Virus record (IMG/VR): IMGVR_UViG_3300013426_000019 | Span: 64,001 to 128,000 of that record | Origin: a virus | Taxonomy: Duplodnaviria > Caudoviricetes | Length of the DNA: 64,000 bases | Strand: one strand, 5' to 3' | In this document: positions 58,240 to 64,000 of the stretch, piece by piece | Layout of the letters: each line of letters begins with the position of its first letter | How positions within the stretch are numbered: position 1 is the stretch's first letter | Position numbers and translations under genes: made by a program | The notes under the pieces: model-generated | Seen by the model: the letters and a program-made list of their open reading frames with translations, nothing else | Database searches by the model: none | What the model was told of the DNA's origin: nothing

Positions 58240-60324
58240 TTGGATAAAATATTAGTTGCAAATTTAATGGAAGAATTAAATTCCTTAGGATACAAATTCC
58301 GAGGATATTTTTTCAGAAAAAGCCTATCGTCAAATGTCAATATTATTGAAGAAAACAATCAATATTATATTGAAAAGAAAGACTATGATCTTATGAAGAA
58401 TTTTTATAAGGCCCATAAGGAAAATAGTTTACTATCAAAAGCAGAGTTTGTTAAAGCCTTAGGCGGAGCTTTATTTTGTGAAAAAAATAATTTTTTCAAT
58501 ATAAAGCCTTCTTTTGAATTAAAAAAAGGAGATTTTTTTCTTAAAAGTGATTTAGAAAAAGCCCATAATTATATTGATGAAAAATTAAAGAATATTGAAA
58601 TTGCAGACTCTTCCTGGACCCCTCTCAGTAAATTCTTAAGGAGTAGTCACATGGATAAATCCGTAATAATTTCCAGCATAAGTTACCTTGGATATGAAAA
58701 AGAAGATGTTATAAAAAAATTACGCAAAGAAAATTCTGGAAAATTATTTTTAGCTATAAAAGAAAGTGTCTCCCAGGAAATTTTAACCCTAAAAGAAAAA
58801 TACTCAGTGGCTGAGCTCAGCGAATTAAAAAGAAGAGATTCATGTCTCAAAAGATTTGGGGCTATTAATAATTCATGTACAGCCTCTTGGAGGGAACAAG
58901 TCAAAGAAACCTCCTTGAAAAATTGGGGCACAGAACATCCCTGCCAAAGTGAAGAAATCAAAGAAAAAACAAAAGAAAATTGTCTGAAATTATATGGGGT
59001 GGAATCAACAAATCAGCTCGAGTGGAAAAAAGAAAAAATAAAAAAAGCTGTTAAAGAAAAATATGGAGTTGATAATATTTTACAAGTTCCTGAAATACGT
59101 CAAAAAGGTCTAGAAACAAAAAGAAAAAAATACGGAGAAAATTTTGAAGTATTAACAGCAAGTCAAATACAGCTTCGAGAGAAAAATAAAAGAAAAGAGC
59201 AAGAAAAATTACAAGAAAAATTGGGCTTCAGTTTAATTTCAATTATAGATGCAGGAAATTCATTGCACAGAGATACTCCTACTTTAAGAAATAAAATTAA
59301 ATTATGGGATTTTAAAATTTATAAAGGAAAATTAAATCAATATATATCTTTTTCAGATTTTGAAATTATAAGAAAAAAATATGATTTAAGTGCGCACTCT
59401 TCAAGCTCTACTGAGGAATTAGATCTATTAGAATTTGTAAAGAGTATTTATAAAGGAAAAATAAAACATAATTGCTGGGATGTAATTAAGCCTTTAGAAT
59501 TAGACATCTATATACCCAACAAAAATATAGCTATAGAATACAATGGACTGTATTGGCACAGTGATGCTTCGAATCTTAAAAAAGGGGAAATACCTGATAA
59601 AGAAAAAATATCTAAAAATATAAATAGGCATTTAATCAAAACAATAGATTGTGAGAAAAAAGGTATAAAACTTCTGCATATCTTTAGCGATGATTGGGAA
59701 TATAAAAAAGAAATAGTAAAATCGATAATTGCCACTTCTCTGGGAGTATTTGCAAGAAAACTAAATGCAGAGGACTGTAGAATTGAAAAAATTCCTTTAG
59801 AAATTTATAAAAATTTTTTAAACAAAAATCATCTCCAGGGTTATGCTTACGCTAACATAAGAGTGGGGCTTTACTATAAGGGGGAATTGGTGCAATTATT
59901 AGGAATTAATTCAAAAGGTAACCACTCTAAAAAACCTGAATTAGTTAGGGTAGCAAACTCTCTTAATGTTCAAGTTGAAGGAGGATTTTCAAAATTATTA
60001 AATTATATAGACAGTACTTTTTCCTTCAAAGAAATAACATCTTATATTAATAGATCCCTATATTTAGAAAATAGCTATCAGATTAATAATTTTAAAATAG
60101 AAAAATATAATAAACCCTCCTATTCTTATATAAACCAATCTTCTCCTGAAAAAATTCGTATTCCTTATTATAATTTTATGAAAGAAAAAATAAAGAAAGC
60201 ATATGAAAAAGGAGAATTAAAATATTGGGATTCAGAAGAAACGGAAGCTCTTAATATGTATAAAAATGGCTACTATAGAATATATGATTGTGGGACAATT
60301 CAAGTAACAAGATCCTTGAACTAA
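58240..60324 (+). CDS. KYG-repeat Vsr-like (Hef-like) endonuclease with GNAT-like C-terminus
   Basis: KYGV repeats, SSTEE, LELDIYIP..IAIEYNGLYWHS, FLNKNHLQG, GGFSKLL, GYYRIYDCG. Confidence 0.82.
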   Translation: MDKILVANLMEELNSLGYKFRGYFFRKSLSSNVNIIEENNQYYIEKKDYDLMKNFYKAHKENSLLSKAEFVKALGGALFCEKNNFFNIKPSFELKKGDFFLKSDLEKAHNYIDEKLKNIEIADSSWTPLSKFLRSSHMDKSVIISSISYLGYEKEDVIKKLRKENSGKLFLAIKESVSQEILTLKEKYSVAELSELKRRDSCLKRFGAINNSCTASWREQVKETSLKNWGTEHPCQSEEIKEKTKENCLKLYGVESTNQLEWKKEKIKKAVKEKYGVDNILQVPEIRQKGLETKRKKYGENFEVLTASQIQLREKNKRKEQEKLQEKLGFSLISIIDAGNSLHRDTPTLRNKIKLWDFKIYKGKLNQYISFSDFEIIRKKYDLSAHSSSSTEELDLLEFVKSIYKGKIKHNCWDVIKPLELDIYIPNKNIAIEYNGLYWHSDASNLKKGEIPDKEKISKNINRHLIKTIDCEKKGIKLLHIFSDDWEYKKEIVKSIIATSLGVFARKLNAEDCRIEKIPLEIYKNFLNKNHLQGYAYANIRVGLYYKGELVQLLGINSKGNHSKKPELVRVANSLNVQVEGGFSKLLNYIDSTFSFKEITSYINRSLYLENSYQINNFKIEKYNKPSYSYINQSSPEKIRIPYYNFMKEKIKKAYEKGELKYWDSEETEALNMYKNGYYRIYDCGTIQVTRSLN

Positions 60325-60483
60325 AACAGCTACACTACATGGTAGGCTCAGAACCGTAAGTGATCTTAGAAAAGAGTTCTACTCACTACTAGAAAAATAA
60401 GTGAATAATCAAAAGAAAAAAGGGGGAGAGAAATCTCCCCCCTTAATTATGGATCAAAATTGTGAATAATTACAAATAGGGGC

Positions 60484-60512
60484 TTGACATAAAAATAGTA
60501 GTGAGGTATAAT
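60484..60512 (+). promoter_or_regulatory. Consensus sigma70 promoter
   Basis: TTGACA-17nt-TATAAT. Confidence 0.85.
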
Positions 60513-60549
60513 TATATCATAATTAAGAGGAGGTTCAAAAATATAAATT

Positions 60550-61017
60550 ATGAGCAATGTAGAAGAGATTATCAGACTGTATAATAAAGCCCAAAATCAT
60601 TTAGAGGATGAGTCACTTAAAAAGGAAGATGGTGAGTATCTTAGCAGATTCTATGAAGGTCTTAAGAGTAGCTTCGAATACTTAATAGAGCAATTTGGTG
60701 GGAATGTAACTTATGATAGAAACCATAGAATGACTGAATTACGGTTACCTAACATTAAAGAGGCTGACTCATCTGCTATAAATTCTATTATAGATATGGC
60801 AGAGGAAAACGGTAAGTTCTACTGCTCAAAGGAATGTCACTCTCTAAATCGTAGAATGAAAATCTCTGAGTTAATCAGATCTCTAGAGGAAGCTAAAAAG
60901 GAACACGGAAACATAGAAGTCAGAGTACAATATAGAGATGATACCATGGACTACGAAGGTAAGGATATGTTAATAAAAGACTACTACGATGAAGAAGAAA
61001 ACATCTACGTATTGTAA
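60550..61017 (+). CDS. Chimeric early protein (modules A + partial B + C)
   Basis: N-terminal half matches 61071; C-terminal half matches 61724 and 61559. Confidence 0.8.
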   Translation: MSNVEEIIRLYNKAQNHLEDESLKKEDGEYLSRFYEGLKSSFEYLIEQFGGNVTYDRNHRMTELRLPNIKEADSSAINSIIDMAEENGKFYCSKECHSLNRRMKISELIRSLEEAKKEHGNIEVRVQYRDDTMDYEGKDMLIKDYYDEEENIYVL

Positions 61018-61070
61018 GGGTCTTAAAGGTAGCTTTGGGCATCTGATAAATAAAGGAGAATCATTAAAAC

Positions 61071-61499
61071 ATGACTAATGTAAAAGCAATTACAAGAGTA
61101 TATAACAGAGCGATAGATCACTTAGAAAAAGAAGAGTTAAGAAGAGAAGATGGCAAGTATATCAGCAGATTCTACGTAGGCTTAAAAGACAGCTTTGAAT
61201 ACCTAATAAAGTACTTTGAGGGCAGGGTAACCTATGATGCTTATCATAAGATAGTAGAATTATATATACCTGAAATTAAGAAAGTAGATCCCTCTATTGT
61301 AGAGCTCTTCATGAAAAATCATATTGTTGCCGCTAAATTCAATACCCCTCAATATGAAGAAAGATACGGAAATGAAGGTTATCCTAGAGGCTTCTCCCAT
61401 AATGTATTACAGTTCATGGAGTTTGTAGGTTATAGTCCAAAGTGGAAGAGTGAAGTATCTAAAGATGTACTATTAGGGTTCGTTGCAAAGAATAAGTGA
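61071..61499 (+). CDS. Hypothetical early protein (module A)
   Basis: EDG.Y.SRFY.GLK.SFEYLI shared with 60550. Confidence 0.8.
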   Translation: MTNVKAITRVYNRAIDHLEKEELRREDGKYISRFYVGLKDSFEYLIKYFEGRVTYDAYHKIVELYIPEIKKVDPSIVELFMKNHIVAAKFNTPQYEERYGNEGYPRGFSHNVLQFMEFVGYSPKWKSEVSKDVLLGFVAKNK

Positions 61500-61507
61500 A
61501 GCAGGGC

Positions 61508-61536
61508 TTGACAAAGATCATATAATATAGTATTAT
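61508..61536 (+). promoter_or_regulatory. Sigma70-like promoter
   Basis: TTGACA-17nt-TATTAT. Confidence 0.75.
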
Positions 61537-61558
61537 ATAATTGTAAGGAGATAACGAA

Positions 61559-61717
61559 ATGAGATTATCTAAGTTAATTGAAATATTAGAAGATGCAAAA
61601 GAAGAACATGGTGATATAGAAGTTAGAATACAGTATATTGATGAGTCTGGGTTCAGTCGCAAAGGCGATAATATTAACAACTACTACGATGAGGAAGATG
61701 GAACTTATACCCTCTGA
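61559..61717 (+). CDS. Small protein, module C alone (52 aa, not in ORF track)
   Basis: AAGGAG RBS; MRLSKLIEILEDAKEEHGDIEVRIQYIDESGFSRKGDNINNYYDEEDGTYTL. Confidence 0.8.
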   Translation: MRLSKLIEILEDAKEEHGDIEVRIQYIDESGFSRKGDNINNYYDEEDGTYTL

Positions 61718-61723
61718 GGGAGA

Positions 61724-62083
61724 ATGAATATGGCAAATACAACAAATGATAATGTAGTAGTTACAAAGATGGTTAAAAAGTGTGCTTGGTGCCATGAAGA
61801 CATCGATGTGCAAGAGTTCAGAAGTGAGAATCCTAAATACTGCTACTACACAGGAAATTATATAGCAGAAGAAGACGGTAAGTTCTACTGTTCAAAGGAG
61901 TGCTACTCTCTGAGTCACAGAACGAAAATCTCTGAGTTAATTAAATCCTTAGAAGAGGCTAAAAAGAAGTATGGGGACGTAGAGGTCAGAGTGCAATATA
62001 GAGATGATACTATATTCTATGAGGGCATGGATATGGTAGTGGAGAACTACTTCGATGAAGAAGACAACGTCTACGTATTATGA
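61724..62083 (+). CDS. TRASH-like zinc finger plus module C
   Basis: CAWC...FYCSKEC, then KISELIKSLEEAKK. Confidence 0.8.
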   Translation: MNMANTTNDNVVVTKMVKKCAWCHEDIDVQEFRSENPKYCYYTGNYIAEEDGKFYCSKECYSLSHRTKISELIKSLEEAKKKYGDVEVRVQYRDDTIFYEGMDMVVENYFDEEDNVYVL

Positions 62084-62095
62084 GGAGTTAAAAAA

Positions 62096-62824
62096 ATGTT
62101 TATAGTGCTAGAACATATAGATGGGGCAGGGGGGACAACACAAGCAAAAGCCTTAGCCACTTACTTAAAGAATATAGAAATCCCTGTAGAAGTAACAGCC
62201 GAACCTACGACTGAAAGTAAGTATGGTAGAGTTCTAAGACTAATGCAGAGGGGATATGAGTTAAAAGAAGCAATGGATAACCTAGCCCTAAAAGAGGAGG
62301 ATATGGAAATTGCAACCCTTATAGAGCTCCTATATAAAAAGTATGATGTATCAAACAAACAGATCCTCTATAGTACCCTCTACACCTTAGATAGAGCTCA
62401 GCATATTAGAAAGATTAAATCTCTATTAAATAGAGGTACCTGGGTTATATGTGATAGATATAAGTTATCGTCACTGGCATATCAAGGTATTGCGAAAATA
62501 GGAGAATCTGAAGAATCTACTCGTCTAAAACAAGAAGGCATTATGGAAGCAAATAGCGGGTTTAGAGATCCTGATCTCAGCATCCTCCTAGATATTCCTG
62601 TTGAAGAGTCCCTTAGAAGAATAGATAAAAGAGGGGAGACTAAAGAGATCTTTGAGAATAAAAAAACTCTAGAAGCTGCTTATAATATATATAAAGACTA
62701 CTTTGAGGACAGTAATAATTGGAGTGACACTAAAAAGAGATGTATAATAGATGCAACTCAGACACCTGAGAAGGTAACAAAAGAAATTATAAGACAGATT
62801 TGCGCTAACTTCGGGAGGGATTAA
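62096..62824 (+). CDS. tmk: Thymidylate kinase with variant P-loop
   Basis: FIVLEHIDGAGGTTQ, TAEP, DR.QH, VICDRY..SSLAYQG, PDL.ILLD. Confidence 0.9.
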   Translation: MFIVLEHIDGAGGTTQAKALATYLKNIEIPVEVTAEPTTESKYGRVLRLMQRGYELKEAMDNLALKEEDMEIATLIELLYKKYDVSNKQILYSTLYTLDRAQHIRKIKSLLNRGTWVICDRYKLSSLAYQGIAKIGESEESTRLKQEGIMEANSGFRDPDLSILLDIPVEESLRRIDKRGETKEIFENKKTLEAAYNIYKDYFEDSNNWSDTKKRCIIDATQTPEKVTKEIIRQICANFGRD

Positions 62825-62826
62825 AA

Positions 62827-63060
62827 ATGCATGACTGGGACTTCGATATAACGTTCTGCAATGGTGAGACTACTAAAAAAGTATGTCCTGTGAGAGATAC
62901 TTGTAAAAGATACTGGACTGAAAAACATACGGGGGAAGCAGAGAGGCTGGGATTAAAGTATCACTCCTTCTTCTTGTGGGATAATCCAGACGAGATTACT
63001 GATAAAGGTTGCAAATACTATTGGGAGAAGCCTAATAATGAGGCTAACCGAAACGAGTAG
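62827..63060 (+). CDS. Small Cys-containing phage protein
   Basis: DITFC...CP.RDTCKRY...C.YYW. Confidence 0.7.
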   Translation: MHDWDFDITFCNGETTKKVCPVRDTCKRYWTEKHTGEAERLGLKYHSFFLWDNPDEITDKGCKYYWEKPNNEANRNE

Positions 63061-63221
63061 TCTGTATAAGCTTAAAGATATCTTAAGATATCCTCTACAG
63101 CAGAAAGCAAAACTCTCAGGTACTTGTGGGGGTATGGTAGTGAGCATATACTAACAAAAGTTCAGGAAGAAGAAAGCTCTAGGAATATAAGAAGTGCACT
63201 CATAAAGGGAGGGAATAAAAA

Positions 63222-64000
63222 ATGAAAATAAGAAATGGCTTTGTAAGTAATAGTTCAAGCTCTAGCTTCATTGTATACAAGAAAAGTAATATAGGTAACT
63301 TCGATTATAAATCTGCCAAGTCTTATCTGGGAGAAAAATGTGACAGTCTCTGCACTTACTTCAAATGTATTGAAAATGATCATAACTTCAAAGAATACTC
63401 TATGATACTCCCAATAAGTAAAAAGGGCGTTAACAAAAACTTCGGCTGGGAGTTCGAAAGATATTATAGCTTTGAAGACAAAGTCAACTTCATGTATCTC
63501 CAAATGCAAGAAATCTTAAAAATAACAAACATAAAGTTATTATATCTCAGAGATGGCGATGGTCATTGGGAAGATCCTAAATATCTTGAACTTGAGAACT
63601 TAAATGATAAGGTAGGTAATGTCCTAACCTCATTAGGTTGTGCCTTAAAAGAGATATGTGTTGGATGTAATGATCTTGACAGAAAGGAAGAAAATAATAA
63701 GTGGTGCTTCGATATATATACAGATTATAACCAACTATACGGAGACTCTGCTTGCATGGTAGATCCCTCCTTTGAGCCCTTCGAGATTGATCATCAATCA
63801 TTATGGACTGATAAAATGCACTTCGAGGAATTAATGACCTTCTTGGACAAGCTAACCACTAAAGAAGGTATACTAAATTATCTACTAGGCGACTCATACA
63901 TACAAGGTGGAAACGACAACGAACCTGCAGAAGACTTAACCCCTGAATATATAGAATCCAAGAGGTATGTGAAAAAATACCTAGAGGAGACATGTGGTAA
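63222..64000 (+). CDS. MKIRxGFVSNSSSSSF-motif protein (partial, runs off the window)
   Basis: Hand-translated open frame MKIRNGFVSNSSSSSFIV...IDHQS...GGNDN; GGAGG RBS. Confidence 0.85.
   Translation, partial: MKIRNGFVSNSSSSSFIVYKKSNIGNFDYKSAKSYLGEKCDSLCTYFKCIENDHNFKEYSMILPISKKGVNKNFGWEFERYYSFEDKVNFMYLQMQEILKITNIKLLYLRDGDGHWEDPKYLELENLNDKVGNVLTSLGCALKEICVGCNDLDRKEENNKWCFDIYTDYNQLYGDSACMVDPSFEPFEIDHQSLWTDKMHFEELMTFLDKLTTKEGILNYLLGDSYIQGGNDNEPAEDLTPEYIESKRYVKKYLEETCG

Noticed and set aside
1-64000. Alternative genetic code (stop-codon reassignment)
   Set aside because: Long genes are intact in the standard code, and TAA, TAG and TGA all end well-defined genes
1-64000. CRISPR array
   Set aside because: No regularly spaced repeats seen; the only long exact-like repeat noticed is the 37-bp pair at 51312/51965

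Overview
A 64 kb AT-rich segment of a large dsDNA tailed phage (probably jumbo-class), read in the standard genetic code. The host is probably an anaerobic gut or rumen bacterium; long-type GlyA and a lysine-less Tmk P-loop weakly hint at a spirochaete. In order, it carries: virion and tail-fibre genes (1-12.8 kb, 38.4-41 kb); a solo TnpB element; a compositionally foreign ~9 kb island with four radical SAM enzymes, two Cys-repeat substrates, an LplA-like protein and a DegV/FakB protein, directly followed by a DAK2/FakA gene; a T3-SAMase-like early gene split at a C7 tract; a DnaC-like loader and DnaB; three Vsr-like/GNAT endonuclease paralogs, one split by an IS607; glyA; a tRNA-like element, structured ncRNA and TROVE-like (DUF2828) gene; tRNA-Ile(UAU); metK; a 7-deazaguanine DNA-modification cluster (TGT/DpdA-like, kinase, queC with an Ala1 intein, yhhQ, queE, queD-GIY-YIG, folE) with two riboswitch-like leaders and a repeat-flanked PemK cassette; shuffled early genes; and tmk. 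The best candidates for undescribed biology are the Cys-repeat/radical SAM/fatty-acid-kinase island, the TROVE plus Y-like RNA locus, the possibly switchable SAM lyase, and sense-strand depletion of T-runs. All family assignments come from motif recognition by eye, with no database search.
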